From Blastocatellia bacterium (GTDB taxonomy: Bacteria; Acidobacteriota; Blastocatellia; RBC074), in contig DATCXQ010000398.1 of the NCBI GenBank assembly GCA_036565725.1, positions 1 through 60,378 of the forward strand: DNA of 60,378 nucleotides, read 5' to 3'. The position numbers and the translations under genes were made by a program. Below are positions 39,773 to 53,156 of the stretch, piece by piece. Each line of letters starts with the position of its first letter. The stretch's first letter is position 1. The notes below the pieces were generated by a model. The model saw only the letters and a program-made list of their open reading frames with translations, was not told the DNA's origin and did no database searches.

Positions 39773-42700
39773 CTAGAAATAGAACTTCGCCGCGACCTGC
39801 ATCACGCGTGGAAAGTTCCTCTGGCTCTTCGGCAAGGTTCCAAACGTGCTAACGTTGTCGATGTTCAGATCGGGGCCGGGACGAATCGCAGTATTGGTGA
39901 CGTTGAACGTCTCCCAACGGAGCAGGAATTTGTAGCGCTCCGTCAACGCCCAGGTCTTGGAGAGGGCCAGATTCAATTGCGGCTTCTGTTGCTCGCGGAT
40001 GTTAGAGAATCGGTCCGGAGTCGTTCGCACGTTAAACCCCGGAAACTTCTGGTAGCAACTCCTGTCATTGTTGAACCAGTGATTCTCATCCTGTTCAGTC
40101 GCCTTCCACGTGCTGCAATTGTTTCGAAGATCAGGCCAGCCGACCGGGTTCCCGTTGACGTAACTGAGAATCCAATCGAAGTTCCAATCGTTGACGATCG
40201 CTCTGGCCACAGGATTGCCGACGTTGAACTTGCGGCCCTTGCCGAAGGGCAAATCCCAAACGCCGTAGACACCGAGGTTGTGGGTCTTGTCCGTGTTGTC
40301 AAGTTCGTAGATCGGCTCCTCGGCCGTGTTCCAATTGTTCAAACGATGATTCTTCTCGAAGGCTTTGGCCAGGGTGTAAGACAGGCCGAATGTCAGGCCG
40401 CCGCCGCCGCCTAGCACTCGCTTTTCGACTTTGAGCTGGAGCTGGTCGGAGCGGTACCGGCCGTCTTGAATGAGGTTATTGGTGATGTCCCCGAAAATCG
40501 GGTTCGGCCTCAACAGGTTCTGGGCGCTGATCGTACGAGAGTTGCCGAGGCCGGTGTTTTGCGGAAGGATTCCGAAGAATGGATTCGGCAGATTGCGATT
40601 CAGATAACTGTTATCTACGAAACCCTTATTGTTGTCCTCCAGGCTCCAGCGGTTCATGTTATAGCCGTAGTTTATGTAGATTTGATAGTTGCCCGTATAG
40701 GAGGCCTCCGCCACAACTCCGCCCGGCAATTCATGCTGGAATCCAACGGAGTACTGATAAGTCCGCGGAATCTTGAAGTGTGAGGGATCGAAACTGGCGC
40801 CGCCCCCGACACCGGTCGCCAAACCCAGGCCTGAGCCGGTTGCTGGTCTCAGCCCATCCGGAAATGGGTTGACCAGAGAATACGGCCCCGTCAGGGTCAG
40901 ACCAGCCGAAGGCGTAAGGCCGTCCAGCGATGAATTATAGGGAGTGGACTGGTTGAATCCGGGAGAGACGTTGTTTTGCGTGGGCGACTGGTAATAGACG
41001 CCAGCGCCGGCGCGGAGCACCGTCTTCTCCATTAGTCGGTAGGCGACGCCGATGCGAGGCGCTATATTGGTCCAGTCGGTGTCGTAAACTCTTTCGGGCT
41101 GGCCATTCACGCCGGCGAAAAGGTAGCCGCCTATGAGTTCCGCGGGCGGGGCCGGGAAGGGGTACTTGGCATTGGGATTGTCTGCGTCGTATTGCGCCTT
41201 GACCTTTCTCCAATTATCAAGAACCGCGTCGCTGAATGGGTTCTTGGCAGCGGTGTCCCAACCACGCGCTCTGCGATTGAAGCGTTCGAGCCAGGGGATC
41301 TGCACGTCGTAACGCAGGCCGAGATTCAAGGTCAGTCGGGAATTGAGCTTCCAATCATCCTGCACGTACATCCCGAAATAAGGACGGGTTTGATAGAAAG
41401 TGTCATTCCAGTCAATGCCGCCGCCGGCGGGCGTGCCCAGCAGCAGGCTCGCTATCGAACTTCCGTCGCGATCACCCTGCCGGGTGTCTGGGAACTGCTG
41501 TGTCCAACCGGAGTTGAAGTCAAAAGTTCCAGTTCCGAACCCGGTGTTCTGGGACCCTAGAGCATAGTAATGGACCTCGCCGCCGACGCGCAGGGTATGT
41601 CTGCCTCGCGTCATGGTCAGGCTCGGAGCGATATTCCACTGGTTGGTCGTGCTCCAGGTGAACAGATCACCTCCAACAGAAGCAAACAATCCCGTGAAAT
41701 CGCCTACCTGAATCCTGGGCACGGATTTCAGATTGGTCGATGGAGCCGTGATCATCTGCGTAATGCCGACGTCAGCGGCCGTCAGGTTGAAATCGGTCCA
41801 GCGCGGAAAATAGCTGGTGAAGCGGCCGTAGGACGCGCGAACGTCCAGCAGTGTGGTCGGCGAGATCACGTGAGTCCAGGAGATGATGTAATTCTGATCG
41901 GTGCGTTGCGAACCCACGTCGCCGCTGCCCGCCGGCGGCCCGAAGCCGGTCGAGTCTCGATATTCCTGGCCATGTTGGAAAGTGAATGTGAAATTAAGCT
42001 TGTCATTCTCGTTGAAAATGTGGTCCCAGCGGCCCATTGGCTGGTAATAGTAATATTTGCCGACGTTCCCGCCGTTGACAAAGTTTTGTCTCAACTGCTT
42101 CTCCAATCCTGCGCTCGCCTTCGGGTAGTAGGAAAGCAGCTTCTGCGCTATGGGACTGAGGCGGTTGGCCGGGACGACGTTTCCGGGGAAGGGATCGCGG
42201 ACGAAAGTGCGCCTCGCTCCATTCTTCGTGCAAAACGCCTCCGTCTCTCCCGGTTTATCTCCGCATCTGTGCGTTGTCAAAGGATCGTAGATCTTGATTC
42301 CCAAATCACTGAAGTGTTGGCCGTCCCGCAGCAAGTCGGGCGGCACGCTCTGCAGTGTGGGAAACCCGATCCTCTCGATCCAGCCTTCGAAGCTGGTGAA
42401 GATGAAATCCTTGTCCTTGCGAATCGGGCCGCCGAAAACCCCGCCGTATTGATGCTGGTTGTGCTTGGGTTTGGGCTGCCCTGCCGCGTTGTTCTGGAAA
42501 TAGTTGGCGTCGAAGACGGCGTTGCGGAAATAATCGAAGACATTGCCGTTCCAACTGTTCGTTCCGGACTTGATAGTGGTGTTGACCACGCCTCCGCCGA
42601 AACGTCCGTACGACGAGTCATAGGTGTTGGTCATCACCTTGAACTCCTGCACCGCTTCGACGTTGGGCGCGATCTGCCAGGTGCCGTTGTTGTCGCTGAT

Positions 42701-43309
42701 CGGGGCGCCGTTGAGCAGAAAGAGATTTTGTCCGGTTCGCGCGCCGTTGATCTTGTAAGAATTGTTCACGTCCCAGCCCCGCGTGCCCGAAAATCCGTTC
42801 GGGCCGAAGGTCTCCTGCGTAAAGACTACGCCGGGAGTTAAAGCCAGAAGCATGTATGTCTGGCGGCCATTGAGCGGGAGTTCTTGAGTCTTGATCGGAT
42901 CGAAGACGAGGCCGCGGTCCGCCGAACCGGCTTCGATGGACTCCTGCTGGGTTGTCACAACAACAGTCTCGCTCACCGCGCCGACTGTCAATCGCAGCGG
43001 GAGATCCAGCTTGTCGGCGATGCGAAGCGTGATGGTTTCGCGCTTCAGTGTCTGGAAGCCATTGGCGGTCACTTCGATGTTGTAAATAGCGGGGTTGAGG
43101 TAGGGAATGCTGTAGCGTCCTTCAGAGGTAGTCCTTACTTCCTTGGTTTCATTCGTATCGACCCGGATCGCCTTGACTATCGCGTTGGCGACTGACTGTC
43201 CGTTCTGATCGGTCACCAGGCCGCTGATGGTCGCACGGAAGTCCTGGGCAAACCCGATGGCGGCAAACGCAGAGAGCGCGAACGCAGCGCGAATTATGCG
43301 TGTAATCAT
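39773..43309 (-). CDS. TonB-dependent receptor with N-terminal carboxypeptidase-regulatory-like domain
   Basis: Signal peptide then QDFRATISGLVTDQNGQSVANAIVKA (CarboxypepD_reg-like); plug region; long beta-barrel ending in the aromatic terminal AAKFYF. The ATG at 43309 has AGGAG upstream. Confidence 0.85.
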   Translation of the reverse strand: MITRIIRAAFALSAFAAIGFAQDFRATISGLVTDQNGQSVANAIVKAIRVDTNETKEVRTTSEGRYSIPYLNPAIYNIEVTANGFQTLKRETITLRIADKLDLPLRLTVGAVSETVVVTTQQESIEAGSADRGLVFDPIKTQELPLNGRQTYMLLALTPGVVFTQETFGPNGFSGTRGWDVNNSYKINGARTGQNLFLLNGAPISDNNGTWQIAPNVEAVQEFKVMTNTYDSSYGRFGGGVVNTTIKSGTNSWNGNVFDYFRNAVFDANYFQNNAAGQPKPKHNQHQYGGVFGGPIRKDKDFIFTSFEGWIERIGFPTLQSVPPDLLRDGQHFSDLGIKIYDPLTTHRCGDKPGETEAFCTKNGARRTFVRDPFPGNVVPANRLSPIAQKLLSYYPKASAGLEKQLRQNFVNGGNVGKYYYYQPMGRWDHIFNENDKLNFTFTFQHGQEYRDSTGFGPPAGSGDVGSQRTDQNYIISWTHVISPTTLLDVRASYGRFTSYFPRWTDFNLTAADVGITQMITAPSTNLKSVPRIQVGDFTGLFASVGGDLFTWSTTNQWNIAPSLTMTRGRHTLRVGGEVHYYALGSQNTGFGTGTFDFNSGWTQQFPDTRQGDRDGSSIASLLLGTPAGGGIDWNDTFYQTRPYFGMYVQDDWKLNSRLTLNLGLRYDVQIPWLERFNRRARGWDTAAKNPFSDAVLDNWRKVKAQYDADNPNAKYPFPAPPAELIGGYLFAGVNGQPERVYDTDWTNIAPRIGVAYRLMEKTVLRAGAGVYYQSPTQNNVSPGFNQSTPYNSSLDGLTPSAGLTLTGPYSLVNPFPDGLRPATGSGLGLATGVGGGASFDPSHFKIPRTYQYSVGFQHELPGGVVAEASYTGNYQIYINYGYNMNRWSLEDNNKGFVDNSYLNRNLPNPFFGILPQNTGLGNSRTISAQNLLRPNPIFGDITNNLIQDGRYRSDQLQLKVEKRVLGGGGGLTFGLSYTLAKAFEKNHRLNNWNTAEEPIYELDNTDKTHNLGVYGVWDLPFGKGRKFNVGNPVARAIVNDWNFDWILSYVNGNPVGWPDLRNNCSTWKATEQDENHWFNNDRSCYQKFPGFNVRTTPDRFSNIREQQKPQLNLALSKTWALTERYKFLLRWETFNVTNTAIRPGPDLNIDNVSTFGTLPKSQRNFPRVMQVAAKFYF

Positions 43310-43603
43310 TACAATCTCCTTCCTTAATTCTCCGCCGAGCATATTCGGCGAATGCAAAATTGACGGATTTCGAGAACTGAATCGGTAGGTCTAGCTTTTT
43401 TCCCAGCAAAGCCAACAGCGGGAGCGGCGAACGGGAATTGAACCTCCCCCCATCGCCGCGATTTCTTGCCGTTGTTCCGGACGAGGTTTTGCGATAGATT
43501 GAACCGGGCTTACAATTTCCGCCTCTCTTTTCAACCTAATTTCTAACTCGCTCCCTGTTAGGGGCGACAGTGCGCCAAGCGCGGGGCATAAGTCTTTCCG
43601 AAG

Positions 43604-43653
43604 TTTGGGAATTGGTTTGGCAAATTTCTGGGAAAATTTTGGCAGAGTTTTGG
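43604..43653. promoter_or_regulatory. Five TTTGG-containing direct repeats at ~11-bp phasing, in the divergent TBDR/regulator intergenic region
   Basis: TTTGG (or TCTGG) starts at 43604, 43616, 43627, 43638 and 43649, giving spacings of 12, 11, 11 and 11. The last repeat ends 19 nt before the regulator ATG at 43672. Confidence 0.4.
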
Positions 43654-43671
43654 CAAAGTTCTTCCGTCCCT

Positions 43672-45942
43672 ATGAAGCAGTCAGACAAGCACTTCTACGA
43701 ATTCGGGCCCTTCCGGCTGGATACTGCCGAGCGGCTGCTCTTGCGCGACGGCCAGCATGTCCCGCTGACCCCGAAAGCCTTCGAGACATTGCTGATCCTG
43801 GTCGAAAACTGCGGGCGCGTGATTGATAAGGACGAGTTGCTCAAGAAGGTCTGGCCGGACACCTTTGTTGAAGAAGTGAATCTAGCCAAAAACGTTTCCT
43901 ACCTGAGGAAGATTCTGGGCGGAGAAGAAGCCGCGCAATACATCGAGACGATTCCCAAACGGGGCTACCGCTTTGTCGTAAGCGTGAAGGATGTTTGCGA
44001 TGAGAGCGCGGGGCCGGTGTGGTCGCATCCTGCGGATGCGGGCGTCATTGACCGGGAAGAAACGGAAAAGAACGACTCCGATTCCGACTCGGGGCCGTGG
44101 CTGAGGCCGATTGGGAATGGGGCGCTTCCTCTGCTTGGGAATGAGAAGCTTCCTCCGCCGACCAAGCCGCGCGCGAGACATTGGGGGTGGTTGGCGGTTT
44201 GGCCGGCGCTGGGGTTAACGCTCGGAGTCGCAATCTGGGCGACTTTTTTTCGCCCTGCCAAAGAGTCCCCGACTCCGCTTTTGAACATCGGTCCATTCAC
44301 CAGTTTTCCGGGCCAGGAAAGGCAGGCCGCTTTTTCGCCCGACGGCAACCAGATCGCCTTTGTCTGGGACGGCGGGAAGGGAGACAATCCCGACATCTAC
44401 GTCAAGCTGATCGGCGCGGGGCAGCCGCTCCGACTGACGACACATCCGGCGGACGACACGCATCCGGTTTGGTCGCCCGACGGCCGTTACATCGCGTTCT
44501 TCCGCCAGGCCGCCGAAGGCAGCGGCTTTTATTTGATCCCGGCCCTGGGCGGGACCGAGCGTAAAGTGGTCGATGTGTTCCCTTACCGAGACCCATTCCA
44601 GGGAAACAGCCAATATGTGGCGCCGGACGGAAAGTTCCTGGCTGTGGCTGACAAGAATGCGCAGGAAGAGCCTCTCAGCATCTACCTGGTTTCGATTGAG
44701 ACCGGGGAAAAACGGAAAGTGACCGCGCCCTCCACGGGCGCCGCCGGGGATTCTTATCCGGCCTTTGCGCCGGACGGAAAGACGCTGGCCTTCGTTCGCT
44801 CTTCCAGCCGAGCGACCACAGACCTTTATCTCTTGAGTCTGGACAGCGGCGCGACACGGCGACTCACGTTTGATAACACTTCGATACTGGGCCTCGCCTG
44901 GACTTCGGACGGTCGCGAAATCGTCTTCGCCTCAAGGCGAGGCGGCAGTATTTATAGTCTCTGGCGCATCCCGGCCGCCGGCGGAACGCCCGAACGCCTG
45001 CCAATCATCGGACAGAGCGTGGTCAGCCCTGCTATTTCCCGACAAGGCGCCCATCTGGCATATACCCAGACCCTGGATGATCAGAACATCTGGCGCCTGG
45101 AATTGGACGCGGCGGGCCGGGCCGGAGCCGCGACGAGTTTGATTTCTTCTACACTGGACGATAACGGGCCAGACTATTCTCCCGATGGCCGGAAAATCGT
45201 CTTCGCCTCCAATCGCCCCGGCGGCTTTGGGATATGGGTCTGCGATCGTGACGGGGCGAATCCGGTTCAATTGATCGATCGCGGGCCATATCTGACCGGC
45301 ACACCGCGCTGGTCTCCAGACGGACGATGGATCGCATTCGATTCGCGATCTAATGACGCCGGCCATGAGGGCAACGCTGACGTCTACGTCATCAGCGCCG
45401 AAGGCGGCCATCCCCGACGTCTCACCAGTGATCCGGCCGAAGACATCACCCCGAGTTGGTCGCGTGACGGAAAGTGGATCTACTTCGGCTCCACGCGTAG
45501 CGGCGGCATGCAAATCTGGAAAGTTCCCGCCGAAGGCGGCCAGGCGACGCAGGTGACCGAACAGGGCGGCTTTGAAGGCTTCGAATCAATGGACGGAAAG
45601 CAGTTATATTACGCGAAAGGCCGGTCGGTTCCCGGCATCTGGCAGAAGCCGGTGGCCGGAGGCGCAGAGACGCTGCTGTTGGATCATCACAAAGCGGGCT
45701 ATTGGCGCTTCTGGGCGGTGACCCCAAAAGGGATCTACTTCGCCACGGCTAATGAGCCTGCTCACCCGATCATTGAGTTTTTCAACCTCGCGACCAGCAA
45801 AGTGACGACGATTGCTACGTTGGATAAACCACTCTCGCCATCTGAACCAGGCCTGACCGTCGCGCCAAATGGACGCTCGCTACTCTTTGCGCAAAAGGAT
45901 CAAAGCGGCAGCGATCTTATGTTGGTAGAGAACTTCCACTGA
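43672..45942 (+). CDS. Transmembrane transcriptional regulator: OmpR/PhoB/CadC-type winged-helix DNA-binding domain + TM + periplasmic TolB-like PD40 beta-propeller
   Basis: FYEFGPFRLDTAERLLLRDGQHVPLTPKAFETLLILVEN...IETIPKRGYRF (trans_reg_C); one TM (WLAVWPALGLTLGVAIWATFF); many PD40 repeats (P.WSPDGR.IAF). Confidence 0.8.
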   Translation: MKQSDKHFYEFGPFRLDTAERLLLRDGQHVPLTPKAFETLLILVENCGRVIDKDELLKKVWPDTFVEEVNLAKNVSYLRKILGGEEAAQYIETIPKRGYRFVVSVKDVCDESAGPVWSHPADAGVIDREETEKNDSDSDSGPWLRPIGNGALPLLGNEKLPPPTKPRARHWGWLAVWPALGLTLGVAIWATFFRPAKESPTPLLNIGPFTSFPGQERQAAFSPDGNQIAFVWDGGKGDNPDIYVKLIGAGQPLRLTTHPADDTHPVWSPDGRYIAFFRQAAEGSGFYLIPALGGTERKVVDVFPYRDPFQGNSQYVAPDGKFLAVADKNAQEEPLSIYLVSIETGEKRKVTAPSTGAAGDSYPAFAPDGKTLAFVRSSSRATTDLYLLSLDSGATRRLTFDNTSILGLAWTSDGREIVFASRRGGSIYSLWRIPAAGGTPERLPIIGQSVVSPAISRQGAHLAYTQTLDDQNIWRLELDAAGRAGAATSLISSTLDDNGPDYSPDGRKIVFASNRPGGFGIWVCDRDGANPVQLIDRGPYLTGTPRWSPDGRWIAFDSRSNDAGHEGNADVYVISAEGGHPRRLTSDPAEDITPSWSRDGKWIYFGSTRSGGMQIWKVPAEGGQATQVTEQGGFEGFESMDGKQLYYAKGRSVPGIWQKPVAGGAETLLLDHHKAGYWRFWAVTPKGIYFATANEPAHPIIEFFNLATSKVTTIATLDKPLSPSEPGLTVAPNGRSLLFAQKDQSGSDLMLVENFH

Positions 45943-46057
45943 ACTCCAGTCCGGGGCGGTACTGTACCGATCTCGCGCGCGCTGATTTAAACAAATACCT
46001 AAAGACACAGTTAACACGGTATTCAGCATATCTTACTTCCAGGCTTATCCCCGTGTT

Positions 46058-46097
46058 CCCCGTGGTTGGGTCTCTTCTGAGTTCAACTCAAGACTGG
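46058..46097. repeat. Second copy of the 40-nt element CCCCGTGGTTGGGYCTCTTCTGAGTTCAACTCAAGACTGG
   Basis: Matches 19069-19108 at 39/40 by eye. Both copies lie 4-16 nt downstream of the stop of a minus-strand gene. Confidence 0.85.
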
Positions 46098-46100
46098 GAT

Positions 46101-47585
46101 TTACTGAATCCTGACCGACGAAACCTGGTCGTTCGCGTTGGGGGAAAGTGTCACGAAGTTGGGCGTATCCGAAGTGAGCGTCCACGACGTGCCCGTGAAG
46201 TTGTCGTGCTGGAACATAATCACGGTGAAACCGCTCGGGACCCTCACGGAAGACGCCCAGTCGTTTTGCATTCCCCTGGCCTGGAGTTGCGACAACGTGT
46301 AATCGCCTCTCGCCAGCGGCTGGCTGGCCGCCCCGCCAAATTGGATGTCCTGGAAGAAGACTACCCCGGCGCCCTGGTTCGCGATCTCGACGCCGAAGTC
46401 CCGATTTGCCGTGATGAAGTCTTGGAAACCGAGCCGGCTGCCGGCGACTCGGGTCGTCGTGCCCTTTGCGATCACGCTGCCGCCCTGGTCCGAATAGACC
46501 GGGCCGCCGCTGTCGCCGGGTCGCGCCGCTGTCTGGCCGTTGATCTGCTCGGCCTCAACCAGGTCCTCGGGGTCCTGGTAAAAGAACAGCACTCGCAGAT
46601 TGCAGACCGGGGCGCCGGTGGCGTTGGCGCTGGTGACCCCTGACTGGCAGAGGAGTTCTCCGACAAAGACGTGATCAAAGCCGCTCACCAACTTGGTGGT
46701 GTTGCTGTTGGCGCCGCCGACATAGATGCGATTATTGGCGTTCGGTGTTGGGATAAGCAACACGTCGTGGGTCTGGTTCCGCGGGCCCACGTTCCCAATA
46801 AATTCTCCCTGGCCGTCTGTGAACCGATCACCGGGATTTCCGCAGTGCCCGGCGGTCAGGATGTGATTGCCGCTGCCGTTGCGGACTCCGAAGCCCGAAG
46901 TGCAACCGGCGCCCAGCGTCGTGTTCACGATCCTGGCCCCGCCCGACCAGGGCGACTGATCATTGTCCCGAGAGATCGGGGTCAGTGGCGCTTCGAAAGT
47001 GACCCGCATCGGCACGCCGACTTCAGGTAGCGATTGGGTAATGAACGAAGTCGCCTGTTGAGGATCGACTTCAAAAAGAGATTTCGCTGCGTTCGTCTCA
47101 TCCACTGATAGGATGAGGCCGGCGCCGGTGGGATCGAACTTGATGGCCTGGATCGTCGAGCCGGGAAATACATGCGCTCGGATCTGCGCCGCTGCGGCCT
47201 TGAGTTCGGCCAGCGAGTGTTCGGCCCGCGCGACCCGAACGGGGGCGATCGTGGCGGCTTCCGCCACAACCGCAGCCATGCGCCGCGGCATGGCGCCCTT
47301 CCACCACAGCGCCACCCCCTTGTCCTCAATCACGACGCTGGCGTAACCCACATATTGGCCTCGCTCGACCTCCCACCGGATTATCCTGGCGGCGCGGACC
47401 AGCGGCCGTTGTTCGATCATCAGACGCTGACTCTGCTCGGCGGAATTTTCCTCGCCGGCGCGCTGCGAACCTGACTGAAGTACTTGAGCCGTCTGAGGGC
47501 TCGGAACTGTTATCAAAAAGCCGAGCGCCAAGATGGCCCCGAGGAGAATGACCCACAGTTTCCTCGAACTGAATATCATGCGCAT
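46101..47585 (-). CDS. Secreted S1-family serine protease (alpha-lytic/streptogrisin-like) with pro-region and C-terminal beta/gamma-crystallin-like domain
   Basis: Signal peptide; catalytic His LTAGHCG and Ser PGDSGGPV. The C-terminal ~85 aa carry Greek-key-like motifs (VVFFQDIQFGGAS...GDYTLSQL...NDWASSVRVPSGFTVIMFQHDNFTGTSW...NDQVSSVRI). Confidence 0.8.
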   Translation of the reverse strand: MRMIFSSRKLWVILLGAILALGFLITVPSPQTAQVLQSGSQRAGEENSAEQSQRLMIEQRPLVRAARIIRWEVERGQYVGYASVVIEDKGVALWWKGAMPRRMAAVVAEAATIAPVRVARAEHSLAELKAAAAQIRAHVFPGSTIQAIKFDPTGAGLILSVDETNAAKSLFEVDPQQATSFITQSLPEVGVPMRVTFEAPLTPISRDNDQSPWSGGARIVNTTLGAGCTSGFGVRNGSGNHILTAGHCGNPGDRFTDGQGEFIGNVGPRNQTHDVLLIPTPNANNRIYVGGANSNTTKLVSGFDHVFVGELLCQSGVTSANATGAPVCNLRVLFFYQDPEDLVEAEQINGQTAARPGDSGGPVYSDQGGSVIAKGTTTRVAGSRLGFQDFITANRDFGVEIANQGAGVVFFQDIQFGGAASQPLARGDYTLSQLQARGMQNDWASSVRVPSGFTVIMFQHDNFTGTSWTLTSDTPNFVTLSPNANDQVSSVRIQ

Positions 47586-47691
47586 GACTAACCTCCATTT
47601 GTGTTATTTGTAGTTATGTTTGTAGGCGTTGATCGGCGCCTGTTTGTAACTGGAGAGTGTCATGGAATGATTTAAGAAGTCTTTTCGAAGC

Positions 47692-47735
47692 TTTGGGATT
47701 ATTTTGGGATTATTTTGGGAATGTTTTGGAGATCA
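47692..47735. promoter_or_regulatory. Four 11-bp direct repeats TTTGGGATTAT/TTTGGGATTAT/TTTGGGAATGT/TTTGGAGATCA upstream of the S1 protease gene
   Basis: Exact 11-bp phasing, read directly from the sequence. They lie 107-150 nt upstream of the protease start (47585) on the opposite strand. The flank CGAAGCTTTGGGATT resembles CGAAGTTTGGGAATT at 43598. Confidence 0.4.
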
Positions 47736-47777
47736 TCAGCTACGGCCTTGACCTGGCTACGACTGGGAGCATCGCCA

Positions 47778-47942
47778 TGTCCAAAAAACTGATGGCATTT
47801 GAAAAAATAATGCGTCCAACATAGTAGGGGCGGGTTTTCCCCACCCCATCGCTTGGATCACAGACATGGGCGGGGAAAACCCGCCCCTACACCGAATTAC
47901 GCAGGCGCAATTAATTCTCGAAGACCATCAGTTTGTCGGACA
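47778..47942. repeat. Second copy of the ~165-bp palindromic MITE-like element (core GTAGGGGCGGGTTTTCCCC)
   Basis: Outer arms are TGTCCAAAAAACTGATGGCATTTGAAAAAATAATGCG and CGCAATTAATTCTCGAAGACCATCAGTTTGTCGGACA. Inner arms are GTAGGGGCGGGTTTTCCCCACCCC and GGGCGGGGAAAACCCGCCCCTAC. Confidence 0.7.
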
Positions 47943-47990
47943 TTCGGCGCACATTACATTGGCCAACAAGGGCTTTTATTTGCACGGTCT

Positions 47991-51671
<3,681 letters not shown>

Positions 51672-51699
51672 AGGGATCCTTTTTCAGTCTGGTTTTAAA

Positions 51700-51831
51700 G
51701 ATTGGTTGCCGACCAATACGATCGATACAGTACCGCGAGCGTTAGCGAGCGGCCGGCCAGTGAGACAGCCGATTGCTTACGCGCGCGGTACTGTACCGGC
51801 ATTTGAAGCTTGTTTGCCGACTAATGCGATT
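51700..51831. repeat. Diverged copy of the ACAGTACCGCG...GCTTACGCGCGCGGTACTGT palindromic element family
   Basis: Core arms are ATACAGTACCGCGAGCGTTAGCGAGCGG (51725-51752) and CCGATTGCTTACGCGCGCGGTACTGTACC (51769-51797). The outer segments resemble the arms of the MITE at 7743-7861 with indels, so the boundaries are approximate. Confidence 0.55.
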
Positions 51832-52002
51832 ATCGGTCTGAACTACAGCGGGAAACTATAAAAATTTTCTCCCGCGCTTTGCAAGACCATTTCGACCCGC
51901 CGTTCAATGGACACCAACTCACAAATCGGCGTCAAAATTTAAAGATGGGCGAAGTCCCGCCGCCCGAAGTCTGTGTCTGATTCAGAATTCAGGAGAGATT
52001 CT

Positions 52003-53136
52003 ATGAAACTATGCCCAAAGTGTGGCCAGAGCTTTGCTGACGGATTCTTATTTTGCCCGAAAGACGCTGCGCGGCTCGAGAAATACGACCTGCGCGCGCG
52101 CATCCGGCGCGATGATGAGTTACATTTTCTGATCGAGAGCGAGTCGCTGATCGCCCGATTGAAGCGCGAGATGGCGGGCGCGCTCGACGAATTGAGAGTC
52201 AACCCGCACGCCTTTCTGCGCGGGCTGCTGCGCGGCGAAGGAAACACGCGGCAGCGGAAGAGGATGTTGGGCGCCGGATTCGCCTCGGGACTGCTCGTTT
52301 ACGCGTCGGTTATCGTGGCAGTCACGCTGATTGGGCTGCTCAACATCTCAATGCCTGAACCGGGCGTTATCGCCATATCCGACCCTTATCCCTATAATGA
52401 TGTCAACCTCCTACTGCCAACCATCCGCATAAAGGCCGAAAAAAACCAGGCGAAATCAGGAGCCGGGTCGGTTGGCGGCAGTCTGTCCCAACCCCAGCGC
52501 TCGCAAGGCGGAGGCGGAGCCTATGATCACAAGCGGACCAGCAGAGGCGTTCCTCCTGCGGCCTCATTGGATCAGCAGTTGGCGCAACCCAACCCCGAAC
52601 CTCCGGTGATTGAGCACTCGGCGCTCATCATCAGGCCGACGGTCTACGCCGATCCGAAATCGCTGCCACAAATGAAAGGGCCGGTCGGAATGCTGGACAG
52701 CCCCCCGGACGCCCCTCCTTCACGCGGCTCCGGCCGTGGGACCGGAATCGGGCCGGGTAAAGAAGATGGATATGGGCCAGGCGACGGTGGCGGCGTCGGT
52801 GGGGGACCGCGCCGCCCCGGCGGCGGACCCACTACGGGCCCCGGCGGCGATATAGCCGTAATGTCCGAATCTCTGAAACCGACAATCCTCTATCGCGAGA
52901 AAGCCAAATACACCGAAGCGGCCCGTCAGAGCAAAATCCAGGGCACAGTCATGTTGACCATCGTCTTCGGCGCCGACGGACGCATCCACGACATCCGCAC
53001 GGTGCGCGGGCTGCCAGATGGATTGACCGAGAGCTCAATCGAGGCGGCCCAGAAAATACGCTTTCATCCGGCGGTTCTAAACGGAAAGCCGGTGAGCGTG
53101 CGCGCCACTCTCGAATACACCTTCAATCTTTACTGA
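52003..53136 (+). CDS. TonB-family protein with N-terminal zinc-ribbon, TM segment, Pro/Gly-rich linker and TonB C-terminal domain
   Basis: MKLCPKCGQSFADGFLFCPKD; one TM helix; a PG-rich spacer. The C-terminus YTEAARQSKIQGTVMLTIVFGADGRIHDIRTVRGLPDGLTESSIEAAQKIRFHPAVLNGKPV is TonB_C-like. The ATG at 52003 has AGGAGAG upstream. Confidence 0.7.
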   Translation: MKLCPKCGQSFADGFLFCPKDAARLEKYDLRARIRRDDELHFLIESESLIARLKREMAGALDELRVNPHAFLRGLLRGEGNTRQRKRMLGAGFASGLLVYASVIVAVTLIGLLNISMPEPGVIAISDPYPYNDVNLLLPTIRIKAEKNQAKSGAGSVGGSLSQPQRSQGGGGAYDHKRTSRGVPPAASLDQQLAQPNPEPPVIEHSALIIRPTVYADPKSLPQMKGPVGMLDSPPDAPPSRGSGRGTGIGPGKEDGYGPGDGGGVGGGPRRPGGGPTTGPGGDIAVMSESLKPTILYREKAKYTEAARQSKIQGTVMLTIVFGADGRIHDIRTVRGLPDGLTESSIEAAQKIRFHPAVLNGKPVSVRATLEYTFNLY

Positions 53137-53156
53137 TGCCCCTGCTCCTGCCCTAA

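Noticed and set aside
39599-40414. 271-aa plus-strand ORF beginning MSAPVVACNLNPGQTYVSAPVVACNLNPGQ
   Set aside because: Its N-terminus is a translation of the 48-bp tandem repeat, and the remainder is antisense to the TBDR gene.
41570-42841. 423-aa plus-strand ORF
   Set aside because: It is antisense to the TonB-dependent receptor gene and has no motifs.
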